Source: Mobula hypostoma (lineage: Eukaryota). From it: a DNA stretch of 64,000 nucleotides. The notes under the pieces were generated by a model that worked only from the letters and a program-made list of their open reading frames with translations, was not told the origin of the DNA and ran no database searches. The DNA lies in NCBI RefSeq assembly GCF_963921235.1, contig NC_086108.1:77936001-78000000 (forward strand). Reading direction: 5' to 3'. The position numbers and the translations under genes were made by a program. This document shows, piece by piece, positions 24,190 to 36,796 of this stretch. The stretch's first letter is position 1, and the number at the start of each line of letters is the position of its first letter.

Positions 24190-24762
24190 AGCTTTAACAT
24201 TTCAGAGGATTTGTTCTGGTAATCATAAAGAAGTCACACCAGCAGCTATTCTCCATTCAGAGTTTGAAGAGATTTGGTATGTCATCAAAGACTAGAGAAT
24301 TTCTGCAGATGTACAGTGGTGAGCATTCTGACTGGTTGCATCACTGTCTGGAATGGAGGCACCAATGCGCAGGATTGTAAAAGGCTTCAGAGGGTTATAG
24401 ACACAGCCAACTCCATCGCAATCAAAAACATCCCCACCACTGAGGACATCTTCAAAACGTGATGCCTCAATGAGGGGGTATCCATCATTACTGTCTAAAA
24501 CATGCTCTCTTCGCATTACTATCTCAGAAGAGATACAAGAACTGAAGATTCACATTCAATGTTTTATGTACAGCTCTTCCCCTCTGCAATCAGATTTCTA
24601 AATGGTCTATAAACCCATGGACACTACCTTGTTATTTCACTTGTACAGTTGTTTATTTATTGCAACTTATAGTAATTTGTTACTCCTGCACTGTACTGCT
24701 GCCACAACTGAACAAATTTCACAACTAATATAAGTGACAATAAATAAATTCTGTTTCTGATA
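24190..24762 (+). mobile_element. Rex1/Babar-like LINE 3' end
   Basis: NFCRCTVVSILTGCITVWNG...LQRVI; aataaa plus short tandem tail. Confidence 0.7.
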
Positions 24763-24770
24763 CTGTTCTC

Positions 24771-24900
24771 CTTATTACTGGGTCTACACATTACTGTAGT
24801 GAGGTCTCACAAAGGATTCTTATTACTGGGTCTACACATTACTGTAGTGAAGTCTCACAAAGGATTCTTATTACTGGGTCTACACATTACTGTAGTGAAG
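24771..24900. repeat. 48-bp tandem repeat (~2.7 copies)
   Basis: cttattactgggtctacacattactgtagtga starts at 24771, 24819 and 24867. Confidence 0.9.
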
Positions 24901-25071
24901 GACTTGTACAGTTGTAACATGGCTTCCCAACTCCTTTACTCAGTCCACTCACTGCTGAAGGCAAGCATGCCAACCTCCTTCATTAGCGTGTCCACTTGTA
25001 TCTCCACTTTCAGAGAGCTAGCTATATATCTATGCCCCTGTTCTCTATTCTGCAACACTCTTCAGGGCCTT

Positions 25072-25217
25072 CCCAAATACAAGAAAATCTGTAGATGCTG
25101 GAAATCCAAAGCAACACACACAAAATGCTGAAGCAACTCAACAGGCCATTCAGTACCTATGGAAAAGAGTAAACAGTCGATATTTCGGGCCGAGACCCTT
25201 CATCATAACCTTTTTGT
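25072..25217 (-). mobile_element. Short Penelope-pLTR-derived insertion with a degenerate hammerhead motif
   Basis: 13-bp TSD tcttcagggcctt at 25059-25071 and 25218-25230; minus strand reads tgatgaagggtctcggcccgaaatatcgactg. Confidence 0.8.
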
Positions 25218-25348
25218 TCTTCAGGGCCTTACTGTAAGTCTTGCCCTGGTCTCACGTAACAAAGTGGAAAACTTTACCTTTGTCCAAGAAAAATTCCACC
25301 TGTTATTCTTTTGCTCACTTCCTCAGTTGATTTAGATTCTGTTGTGGT

Positions 25349-28080
25349 CCATAAGACCATATGACCATAAGACATAGGAGCAGAATTAGACCATTTGGCC
25401 CATTAAGTCTGCTCCGCCATTCAATCATGGTTGATTTATTATCTCTCTCAACCCCATTCTCATGACTTCTCCTTGTAAGCTTTAACTCCCTGACTAATCA
25501 AGAATTATCAACCTCTGCTTTAAATATATTCCATGCCTTGGCCTCCACAGCCATTTGTGGCAATGAAATCCACAGACTCACTACCCTTTGGCTAAAGAAG
25601 TTCTTCCCCATCGCCGTTCTAAATAATCATGCTCCTATTCTGAGGCTGTGCCCTCTCGTCTCCATGTGTACTCTATCCAGGCCTTTCAATATCCGATGGT
25701 TTCAATGACATCTCCCCTCATTCTTCTAAGCTCTAGTGAGTACAGGCCCAGAGCCATCAAACACTACTTATAGATTAACCCTTTCATTCACATAATCATT
25801 CTCATGAACCTCCTGTGCCAGCACATCTTTTCTTATATAAGGGGCCCAAAATTAGTCACAATACTCCAAGAGCCGTCTGACCAATGCCTTACAAATCCTC
25901 AGCATAACATCCTTGCTCTTACATACTAGTACTCTCAAAATGAATGCTAACATTGCATTTGCCTTCCTTACAACTGACTCAACTTGCAAGCTAACCTTTA
26001 GGGAATCCTGCACAAGGACATCCATATCTCTTTGCACCTCTGACTTTCTCCCCATTTAGAAAAAGTCTATACTTTTATTCCTTCTAGCAAAGTGCATGAC
26101 CATAAATTTCCCTACACTATATTCCATCTGCCACTTCTTTCCCATTTTGCTAATCTAGCCAAGTCTTTCTGCAGACACCCTGCTTCCTCAACACTACCTG
26201 CCCCTCCACCTATCCTGGTGTTGTCCACAAACATGGGCACAAAGTTATCAATTCCCTCACCTAAATCATTGGCATATAACATGAAAAGAAGCGGTCTCAA
26301 CCCCTGTGGAACACCACTAGTCACCTTCGGCCTACCAGAAAAGGCACACTTTATTCCTAGTCTTTATCCCCTGTGAGTCAGTAATCTTCTATCCATATCA
26401 GTAACTTTTCTGCAATACCATGGGCTCTTCTCTTGTAAGGCAGCCTCATGTGTGGCACCTTATCAAAAGGCTTCTGAAAATCCAATTAGACAAAATCTAC
26501 TGACTCTCCTGTGTCTATTTTGCCTGTCATTTTCTCAAAGAATTCCAATAGATTGGTCAGAAAAAGATTTCCCCTTAAGGCAGCAGTCCCCAACCACCGG
26601 GCCGTGGACCGGTACCGGGCCGCAAGGAAATGCTCTGAGTCAGCTGCACCTTTCCTCATTCCCTGTCACGCCCACTGTTGGAACTTGAACGCACGCGCGG
26701 TCACTACGCACACGTCATCCATGTCAGCGCGGGAAGGAGGTCAACTCCTCGAGCTTGCAAATGACGGGGGCTGAAAAGTATGTTTGACAAAACATCTCTG
26801 TCGGCATTCCGGATCAAGGTCAAGGCTAAATATCCTAAGATCGCCATGAAAGTACTGAAAATGTTGCTTCCATTTCCAACATATCTCTGCAATGAATGCA
26901 ACGAAAACTAAATTGCGGAATAGACTGGACTTAAGGAACCCCCTTCGAGTATCGTTGTCTCCCATCACCGCTCAATAGGACCATCTTGTTGCAGGGAAAC
27001 AAGCCCAGGGCTCCCACTGATTCAGCGATATTGGTGTGTTGCAATGATTTTATATGGTCATACAGGGAAAATATGTGCTGTGTGTTTAATATCCAGATGT
27101 TACTTAAAATGTCATGATGCTATTGACATATAACCATATAACAATCACAGCACGGAAATGGGCCATCTCTGCCCTTCTAGTCCGTGCTGAACTCTACTCT
27201 CACCTAGTCCCACCGATCTGCACTCAGCCTATAACCCTCTATTCCTTTCCTGTCCGTATACCTATCCAATTTTTCTTTAAATGATAATATCGAACCTTCC
27301 TCTGCCACTTCTACTGGAAATTTGTTCAACACTTACTTCAATCTCCCCTGTCCTCCCCTGATAATTGACTTATCACTATATTCATGCGAGGAAAATATGC
27401 GGTGTGTTTAATATTAAATTCGTTAGATAAACCCTTTTAGAAAGGAAATTGAGTGTATTAGCCACTTAACACCTATATTCCGGTCGTGATCAACATCACC
27501 GCCCCCCCCAACCCCCCAACAGAATCGCTGAAAACAGGGAAAAAACGGCACTTACACGCAAGCGCACTGGTGCCCGTGCAAGGCTTCATGGTCATTGTAG
27601 TCTTTTTCGGGGTAAACACAACGTACTTGACTGCTACTCCTGTCCATTGGCAACCCTACCCCACCGCCTCCCCCCCCCCCGGGTCAGCCAGTCCGCAAGA
27701 ATATTGTCAATATTAAACCGGTCCGCAATGCAAAAAAGGTTGGGGACCCCTGCCTTAAGGAAACCATGCTGACTTCGGCCTATTTTATCATGTGCTTCTA
27801 AGTACCCCGAAACCTCACCCTTAGTAATGTTCTCAAATATCTTCCCAACCACTGAGTTCAGGGTAACTGGCTTATAATTTCCTTTCTTCAGCCTCCCCGT
27901 CATCATAAATAGTAGTGATAGTTGCGATTTTCCAGAATTCCCGAACTATTCCAGAATCTAGTGATTTTTGAAACATCATTACTAGTGTCTCCACAATTTC
28001 TTCAGCTACCTCTTTCAGAATCCTGGGATGTAGGCCATCAGGTCCAGGTGACTTATCTACCTTCAGACCTTTTTGTCTTA
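25349..28080 (-). mobile_element. CR1 LINE 3' half split by a hAT element
   Basis: ORFs 27872-28090, 27634-27906, 26112-26324 and 25852-26055 carry CR1 RT motifs; (ccataaga)n tail at ~25349-25375. Confidence 0.85.
26581..27752 (+). mobile_element. Internally deleted hAT (Charlie/Buster-like) DNA transposon
   Basis: Perfect 8-bp TSD ccttaagg at 26573-26580 and 27753-27760; TIRs cagcagtccccaacc / ggttggggacccctg; C-terminal transposase remnant (QLLELANDGGLK...YPKIA..LLPFPT...TKTKLRNRL...QAQGSH*) at ~26720-27020. Confidence 0.9.
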
Positions 28081-28575
28081 GGTAACTCATGATGACAAGA
28101 AAGGGTAATGGCTGAGGAAACTATGTAGGGTGAACCAACCGTGGGTGATGGATAGAATAAAGGAGCAACTAACCAAGGAATGTGCAATTGTAAAGGGCCT
28201 CAGGATGAGCCGGGTGTTTGGAAGTGGACTGCAAAATGTGATCTGATACAGCAAGATAAAGCAGAAAAAATGTGAGCAAATAAGGTTAAGAAGGTATATG
28301 GGCTCCATGGACATGATGGGTTGAAGGGTTTGTTTTGTGCTGAATGACACCATTCAACCATTCTATAATGCACAAGCATCCAACCTGGCTTTTTTCTATA
28401 ACAATCAACTTCCACCTGTGTTTAGAGATTGCAATAACAACATGACGGCAGCTACTACAACTTCCAATACCTTCACTAATTTATGAGTTAACCCTCCACA
28501 AACGCCCCCACTCCCACAACACCCATATTTTTATTCCCATCTCTGTGATCAATCTGCAAATGATCTGGTGATCTA

Positions 28576-28810
28576 CAGTGTCTATAAAAAGTATGCATCC
28601 TTCTTGGAAGTTCTCACGTTTTATTGTTTTACAACATTGAATCAACATTGGTATTTTTTGACACTGATCAACACAAAAGAAAACTCTTTCATGTCAATGT
28701 GAAAACAGATCTCTACAAAGTGATCTCAATTAATTACAAATATTAAACACAAAATAATTGATTAATTAGGTATTCACCCCCTTTAATATGATACACCAAA
28801 TCATCACAAA
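28576..28810 (+). mobile_element. Tc1-like transposon left end
   Basis: TA followed by cagtgtctataaaaagtat; inner repeat gtattcacccc at ~28770, as in IR/DR Tc1 ends. Confidence 0.6.
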
Positions 28811-29245
28811 ATTTCAGCCATTGCTGCTCTGCCATCATCCCTGCCAGTGTTCTTTTCCAATCAATTCTGGTCAACTCCTCTCTCATGCCTCTGTAATTTT
28901 CTTTACTCCACTGTAATACTGATACATCTGACTTCAGCTTCTCCTTCTCAAATTTCAGGGTGAATTCAATCATGTTATGATCACTTGCCCCTAAGGGTCT
29001 TTTACCTTAACGTCTCTAATCAATTCTGGTTCATTGCACAACACCCAGCACAGAATAGCTGATCCTCTAGTGGGCTCAATCACGAGCTGCTCTAAAAAAC
29101 CATCCTGTTGGCACTCTAGAAATTCCCTCTCCTGTAATCCAGCACCAACCTGATTTTCCCAATCTACCCCCCATGACTATTATAACATTGCCCTTTTGGC
29201 ATGCATTTTCTATCTCCCATTGTAATTTGTAGGCCACATCCTTAC
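28810..29245 (-). mobile_element. CR1 ORF2 endonuclease-region fragment
   Basis: ENACQKGNVIIVMG, MIEFTLKFEKEKLKSDV, homologous to 42400-42800 and 51440-52100. Confidence 0.75.
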
Positions 29246-29460
29246 TACAAAGAAATACTAGCAGCCATGCACTTAAATAATAACTAATAAATCTTACAGG
29301 GAATTCAGGAGAAATATCTTCTCCCAGAGAGTGGTGAGAATGTGGAATACACTGTAGCAAGGAGCGGTTCAGACAGGTAGCATTTGACAAAGTGCATGAT
29401 TAATATATTGGGGAGAAAGGAATATCAGTACATACTAATGAGATTAGATGGAAAATAATT

Positions 29461-30515
29461 CACACAGTGACTACTTTAATAGATAAACCCTGTACTTAAT
29501 AAAATTACCACTGAGTGTGTGTTCATGGTCTTCTACTGCTGTAGCCCATCCATTTCAAGGTTCGACATGTTGGCTTTCAGAAATGCTCTTCTTCACACTA
29601 CTGTTGTAACACATGATTATTTGAGTTACTGTGGCCTTCCTGTCAGCTTGAACTAGTCTGCCCATTCTCTTCTGACCTCTCTCATTAACAGGGCATTTTA
29701 GCCAACGGAACTTCTGCTTTTGTTTTTCACACTATCCTCTGTAAACTCTAGAGATGGTGTGCAACGTTCCCTCTTTTTTTTACAGCTGTGCCGACCAACC
29801 ATTGCTCTGAGGTGGAAATTTTTACATGGCTTGAAAACTACATGGCACTCTAAATGTTTTTCTTTGGAATAAAAAGAAAGCCAGAATATAGAATTTTTCA
29901 CATCAAACAAAGTCAGACCACAACTCATAGCACCAGTAAGCGATGCCAGACAATCAAAACTGACAGGCACAATGACAAAAGTAAAATGTTTTGACTAGAT
30001 GTGTTTATTGTTACAATTCGTAACAGTGTTGTAACTTGAAACACTGACAATGTAAGTACATTGAAGCTCTAAAATATTTTAAAGTAAAGGCTGTGGTACA
30101 TTTATTGTTCAGAAAATTTATGGATTCTATTCATGAACACAATTAATTACAGAGTATTTCATAATTATATTAACATTATATAAAAGTAAATTCCTGCTGC
30201 ACAGCAAGAAAGACTATGTGCACAGGAACATTTCAGTTACTGCAAGGCCGTGCACCCATGCAGCTTGGAAGTAACAATGGTGTTGTGCATGAAAATACCA
30301 GATCAACAGTTTCTCTGGCACCAACAATCATTCCATGGTCAAAGTCACTTTGATCTCATTTCTTCCCCATTTTAATGTCTGTCTGAACAATTTCTGAATC
30401 TCTTGACCATGCCTGCATGATTTAATGCATTAAGTTTCTGCCACATGATTGGCTGATAAGGTATTTACCTTATCAAGCAAGTGTACAAGTATACCTAATA
30501 AAATGCACACTGAGC
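29461..30515 (-). mobile_element. Non-autonomous Tc1-like element containing a nested insertion
   Basis: Reverse-complement homologue of 31333-31880; ends resemble cactcagtggccactttattagg. Confidence 0.65.
29762..30279. mobile_element. Old hAT-like MITE nested in the Tc1-like element
   Basis: Imperfect TIRs caacgttccctct / ggaagtaacaatg; 8-bp flanks atggtgtg / gtgttgtg; host sequence resumes afterwards. Confidence 0.5.
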
Positions 30516-31332
30516 TTAGAAGTCATTGGAATGATTAGTATCAAAAGAGACCTGCTGGACTATTTCTGTGTTCTAAGTCCCACATGAATCATATTAAAGA
30601 GGCTTGAAACCCTTCATCATTACATTCCCAAGCCCTACCCTAGTTGCTGTAGAGCAGAAATGAGAGGCCTCTGTTAAGTCCAAGTCCAAGGACTCAATAG
30701 TTGCACAAAAGTGTTGGTGACAAAGGACAAACTATTGCTGATACATTTCTCCTTGCCAATTGATTTTTGATATGCTGCAGTTTTCCAGACTCCCTTTTGA
30801 TGTCTCCATAGACGCACTGCTGTGAATTCTCTGCTGCTTCCTACACAGGGACCTGAAATGCACCGTATACCAGGTAGGAATTTGAGTTGATTAATCTCCA
30901 CTGCCCCATTAACACATAAATCACTAAATATGGCAACAACCAGCCCCTCAAGCTCTTTCCTTCCTGCTACACATGTGCTACTTTCTCATGATTCCCATTT
31001 TTCTTCCTTCTGAGGATTCTTGTATGACTCCTGCCTTTTTGAATCTTTTGTGCATACTTCTTTAGCCTAAAATATGACTGTGGCCCTTTCTGTCAAATTA
31101 GCAATTTCTTTAGTGGTGCAGCAGCTCTTTAGGAGCTACAGAAGGTCTTACGGCCTTGAGCCCAGGTTAGCTGTTGTGGATTATGTACAAAGAATATAGA
31201 ATCAAGTGGAATTGACTCCATGTTGTTGATTCATGATACAGTTAACATGAGCACACATAGGAGCACTGACGACAAAGGAACAAATTAATTTTGTCCTATG
31301 ATAACTAGTGCCAGTGATATATTGAAGTAATA

Positions 31333-31880
31333 CATTCAATGGCCAGTTTATTAGGTGCACCCGTACACCTGCTTGTTAATACAAATATCTAATCAGCCCA
31401 TCGAGTGCAGCAACTCAATGCATAAAGCATGCAGACACAATCAAGGGGTTCAGTTGTTGTTCGGACCAAATATCAAAATGAGGAAGAAAACTGACTTTGA
31501 CCATGGAATGACTGTAAAAGCCAGATAGGGTGATTTGAGTATGTCAGAAACTGCAGATCATTTGGGATTTTCACACAGAATAGTCTCTGGAGTTTATGGA
31601 GAATGAAGCAAAAGACAAAACAAAAAATCTAGTGAGTGGGTGAAAACACTTTGTTAATGGAAAAGGTCAGAGGAAAATGGTCAGACTGGTTCAAGCTGAC
31701 AGGAAGGTGACAGTAACACAAATAACCATGTGTTATAGCAGTGACTTGCAGAAGAACATCTCTGCAGTACAGAAGGAGTGCATCTCTGAACACACAACAC
31801 ATTTAACCTTGAATCAGATGTGCTACAGCAGTAGAAGACCACAAAATACACTCAGTGGCCACTTTACTAAGTACAGGAGC
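31333..31880 (+). mobile_element. Non-autonomous Tc1-like element with an N-terminal HTH transposase remnant
   Basis: TA followed by cattcaatggccagttttattagg; ORF 31677 MVRLVQADRKVTVTQIT...LTLNQMCYSSRRP. Confidence 0.7.
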
Positions 31881-33031
31881 TGTGTATGGGAATGTTTGTG
31901 CCAATCCTCAGATGTCAATACCAACACCAATCAGACTATAGGAATACACAGGTAGAGGCAATTCGTACACAGAATTCTGATTTTGTGGAAATAAATCACA
32001 AGGAACCAACCAATGAAGCGATAAACTGCAAGAGACAGCTTATGTGCTGCATATTATATAAACTTCAGATTGGATTAGTGCCTGTAATTCTCTCAAATAT
32101 TCACTGTTTTACATCAAAAGGATTATTTTGTGTTTAATATAAAAACCTAATCCTCAAGAGGCCTGTTGTAGTAATGCTTAAAGAAAATCAATTAGGAGTG
32201 AAATGTTAATAACTAAAGTTACTAAAATATACTATATCGGTAAATAGTGAATTAAAAAGTGGGGCTTCAAATTACTGAAATATGAAACCTTAAAATACTT
32301 CTCTTGAAATTTCTGTGTGGCCTGGAGCTGCATAAAGAATCTGCAGAAACATAGATAATAATCTGTGAATAGCAATTGTTATGCTGCTGTGTCAGTGTGC
32401 TAGCTGGTGTTCTCTGCATTTAGTGACTGCTACATTCTGTGCTGAAGACCATTCTCCTGAGTGTTCCGCATTTTACTGCATTATTCATGTCAAAGCGCAC
32501 ATTTCTTGGTATTACCGCATGTGGGAGGAAACTGCAAGGTATGCATTTGAAGCCAGATTAGACAAGAAGCTGTTTTTCACAGTACTCCTTTCACATAGTG
32601 AACTGTCTCTGTGGATTGTCTTTCAGGCTGGTAGGCCACATAATTTATGTCAAATGGTGCAGATTGCTTGCAAAGGCAGTTGGTTTAATATTTCAGAGGA
32701 TGACAGTTGACCTGCTATCATTCATACATTACAACATAGAACATAGAACATTACAGCACAATTCAGCCCCTTTGACCCATAATATGTGCTGGTCTTTTAA
32801 CCTACTCTAAGATCAATCTAACCCTTCCCTCCTACATAGCCCTTGATTTTTCTATCATTCACGTGCCTATCTAAGAGTTTCTTAAACGTCATAGAAAACA
32901 TAGAAAACCTACAGCATAATAAAGGCCCTTTGGCCCACAAAGATGCGCCGAACATGTCCTTACCTTAGAAATTATGAGGCTTACCCATAGCCCTCTATTT
33001 TTCTAAGCTCCATGTACCTATCCAAAAGTCT

Positions 33032-35740
33032 CTAAAAAGACCCTATTGTATCCGCCTCCACCACTGTTGCCGGCAGCCCATTCCACACACTCACCACTCT
33101 CTGCATAAAAAACTTACTCCCTGACATCTCCTCTGTACCTACTCCCCAGCAACTGAAACCTGTGTCCTTTTGTGGCAACCATTTCAGCCCTGGGAAAAAG
33201 CCTCTGAGTATCCACACGATCAATCATTTTATACACCCTTATCAGATCACCACTAATTCTCCGTCACTCCAAGGAGAAAAGGCCAAGTTCACTCAACCTG
33301 TTTTCATAAGGCATGCTCCCCAATCCAGGCAACATCCTTGTAAATCTCCTCTGCACCCTTTCTATGGCTTCCACATCCTTCCTGTAGAGAGGCGACCAGA
33401 ACTGAGCACAGTATTCCAAGTGGGGTCTGACCAGGGTCCTATATAGCTGCAACATTACCTCTCAGCTCTTAAAATCAGTCCCACGATTGATGAAGGTCAA
33501 TGCACCGTATGCCTTCTTAACCACAGAGTCAAACTGCGCAGCTGCTTTGAGCGTCCTATGGACTCGGACCCCAAGATCTCTCTGATCCTCCACACTCTAC
33601 ACTTACCATTAATACTATATTCTGCCATCATATTTGACCTACCAAAATGAACCACTTCACACTTATCTGGTTGAGCTCCATCTGCCACGTCTCAGCCAGT
33701 TTTGCACCCTATCAATGTCCCGCTGTAACTTCTGACAGCCCTCCACAATATCCACAACACCTCCAACCTCTGTGTCATCAGCAAACTTACTAACCCATCC
33801 CTCCACTTCCTCATCCAGGTCATTTATAAAAATCACAAAGATTAAGGGTCCCAGAATAGATCCCTGAGGCACACCACTGGTCACCAACCTCCATGCAGAA
33901 TATGACCCATCTACAACCACTCTTTGCCTTCTGTGAGCAAGCCAGTTCTGGATCCACAAAGCAATGTCCCCTTGGATCCCATGCCTCCTTACTTTCTCAA
34001 TAAACCTTGCATGGGGTAGCTTATCAAATGCCTTGCTGAAATCCATATATACTTCATCAATGTGTTTAGTCACATCCTTAAAAAATTCACTCAGGCTCAT
34101 AAGGTACAACCTGCCCTTGACAAAGCCATGCTGACTATTCCTAATCATATTATACTTCTCCAAATGTGCATAAATCCTGCCTCTCAGGATCTTCTCCATC
34201 AACTTACCAACCACTGAAGTAAGATTCACTGGTCTATAATTTCCTGGGCTATCTCTACTATCTTTCTTGAATGAAGGAACAACATCTGCAACCCTCCAAT
34301 CCTCCGGAACCTCTCCTGTCCCCATTGATGATGCAAAGATCATCGCCAGAGGATCAGCAATCTCCTCCCTCAATTCCCACAGTAGCCTGGGGTACATCTC
34401 ATCCGGTCCTGGCGACTTATCCAACTTGATGCTTTCCAAAAGCTCCAGCACATCCTCTTTCTTAATATCTACATACTCAAGCTTTTCAGTCCGCTGCCAT
34501 TCATCACTACAATCACCAAGATCCTTTTCCGTAGTGAGTACTGAAGTAAAGTATTCATTAGGTACCTCTGTTATTTCCTCCGGTTCTATACACACTTTCC
34601 CACTGTCACACCGGATGGGTCCTATTCTTTCACGTCTTATCCTCTTGCTCTTCACATACTTGTAGAATGCCTTGGGGTTTTCCTTAATCCTGCCCACCAA
34701 GGCCTTCTCATGGCCCCTTCCGGCTCTCCTAACTTCCTTCTTAAGCTCCTTCCTGTTAGCCTCATAATCTTCTAGATCTCTAACATTACCTAGCTCTCTG
34801 AACCTTTTGTAAGCTTTTCTTTTCTTTTTGACTAGATTTATTACAGCCTTTGTATATCACAGTTCCTGTACCCTACCATAACTTCCCTGTCTCATTGGAA
34901 TGTACCTATGCAGAACTCCACACAAATATCCCCTGAACATTTGCCACATTTCCTCCATACTTTTCCCAAGAACATCTGTTCCCAATTTAAGCTTCCAATT
35001 TCCTGCCTGATAGCCTCATAATTCCCCTTACTCCAATTAAATGCTTTTCTAACTTGTCTGTTCCTATCTCTCTCCAATGCTATTGTAAAGGAGATAGAAT
35101 TATGATCACTACCTCCAAAATGCTCTCCCACTGAGAGATCTGACGCCTGACCAGGTTCATTTCCCAATACCAAATCAAGTACAGACTCTCCTCTTGTAGG
35201 CTTATCTACATATTGTGTGAAGAAACCTTCCTGAACACACCTACAAACTCCACCCCATCTAAACCCTTGCTCTAGGGAGATGCCAATCAATATTTAGGAA
35301 ATTAAAATCTCACATCACGACAACTCTGTTATTATTACATCTTTCCAGGATCTGTTTCCCTATCTGCTCCTCGATATCCCTGTTACTATTGGGCGGCCTA
35401 TAAAAAACACCCAGTAAAGTTATTGATCCCTTCCTGTTCCTAACCTCCACCCACAGAGACTCCGTAGACAATCCCTCCATGACGTCCACCTTTTCTGCAG
35501 CCGTGACACTATCTCTGATCAACATTGTCACGCCCCCACCTCTTTTGCCTCCCTCCCTGTCCTTTCTGAAATATCTAAAACCCAGCACTTGAAGTAACCA
35601 TTCCTGTCCCTGAGCCATCCAAGTCTCTGTAATGGCCACCACATCATAGCTCCAAGTACTGATCCACGTTCTAAGCTCATCCGCTTTGTTCACAATACTC
35701 CTTGCGTTAAAATAGACACATCTCAAACCTTTGGTCTGAG
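33032..35740 (-). pseudogene. CR1 ORF2 (APE plus RT), several frameshifts
   Basis: [38 protein letters not shown] in successive frames. Confidence 0.9.
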
Positions 35741-35860
35741 CGCGTTCCTTCTCTATCACCTGCCTGTCTTCCCTCACACACTGTCTCCAAGCTTTCTCTA
35801 TTTGTGAGCCAACCGCCTCTTCCCCAGTCTCTTCAGTTCGGTTCCCACCCCCAAACAATT

Positions 35861-36796
35861 CTAGTTTAAACTCTCCCCAGTAGCCTTAGCAAACCTCCTC
35901 GCCAGGATATTCGTCCCACTGGGATTCAAGTACAACCCGTCCTTTTTGTACAGGTCACACCTGCCCCAAAAGAGGTCCCAATGATCCAGAAATCCGAATC
36001 CCTGCCCCCTGCTCCAATCCTTCAGCCACGCATTTATCCTCCACCTCACTCTATTCCTATACTCACTGTCATGTGGCACAGGAAGTAATCCCGAGATTAC
36101 TACCTTTGCGGTCCTGCTTCTCAACTTCCTTCCTAGCTTCCTGTAGTCTGTTTTCAGGACCGCTTCCCTTTTCGTACCTATGTCGTTGGTACCAATATGT
36201 ACCATGACCTCTGATTGTTCTCCCTCCCACTGCAGGATATCGTGGATGCAATCTGAAACATCCCAGACCCTGGCACCTGGGAGGCAAACTACCATTCGAG
36301 TTTCTTTCCTGCGTCCACAGAATCGCCTGGCTGACTCCCTAACTATAGAGTCCCCTATCACTACTGCCTTTTTCTTCCTTTCCTTACCCTTCTGAGCCAC
36401 AGGGCCGGACTCAGTGCCGGAGGCACGGCCACTGTTGCTTCCCCCAGGTAGGTTGTCCCCACCAACAGTACCCAAACAGGAGTACTTATTGTCAAGGGCT
36501 ACAGCCACAGGGGTACTCTCTAGTACCTGACTCTTCCCCTTCCCTCTCCTGACTGTTACCCATTTGTCTGTCTCCCATGGCCCTGGTGTGACCACCTGCC
36601 TATAACTCCTTTCTATCACCACCTCGCTCTCCCTAACCAGATGAAGGTCATCGAGCTGCAACTGCAGTTCCCTAACACGGTCCCTTAGGAGTTGAAGCTC
36701 GACACACTGGGTGCAGATATGACTGTCCAGAAGGCTGGGAGATTCCAGGACTTCCCACATCTGACACTGAGCACAGAACACCTGCCTCACACACAT
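35861..36796 (-). CDS. CR1 ORF1p: Cys-rich/leucine-zipper N-terminus plus SGNH/GDSL esterase
   Basis: CAQC...CTQC then L-x6 heptads; VVIGDSIVR, CLPGA, HIGTND, KDGLYLN (the catalytic His position reads Tyr). Confidence 0.85.
   Translation of the reverse strand: MCVRQVFCAQCQMWEVLESPSLLDSHICTQCVELQLLRDRVRELQLQLDDLHLVRESEVVIERSYRQVVTPGPWETDKWVTVRRGKGKSQVLESTPVAVALDNKYSCLGTVGGDNLPGGSNSGRASGTESGPVAQKGKERKKKAVVIGDSIVRESARRFCGRRKETRMVVCLPGARVWDVSDCIHDILQWEGEQSEVMVHIGTNDIGTKREAVLKTDYRKLGRKLRSRTAKVVISGLLPVPHDSEYRNRVRWRINAWLKDWSRGQGFGFLDHWDLFWGRCDLYKKDGLYLNPSGTNILARRFAKATGESLN

Noticed and set aside
24771..24900. Direct repeats as a possible CRISPR-like array
   Set aside because: Head-to-tail 48-bp units with no unique spacers, in eukaryotic DNA; a local tandem duplication.
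32420..32710. Possible plus-strand exons (ag/gt bounded)
   Set aside because: Splice signals are ordinary and the peptide is not recognisable.
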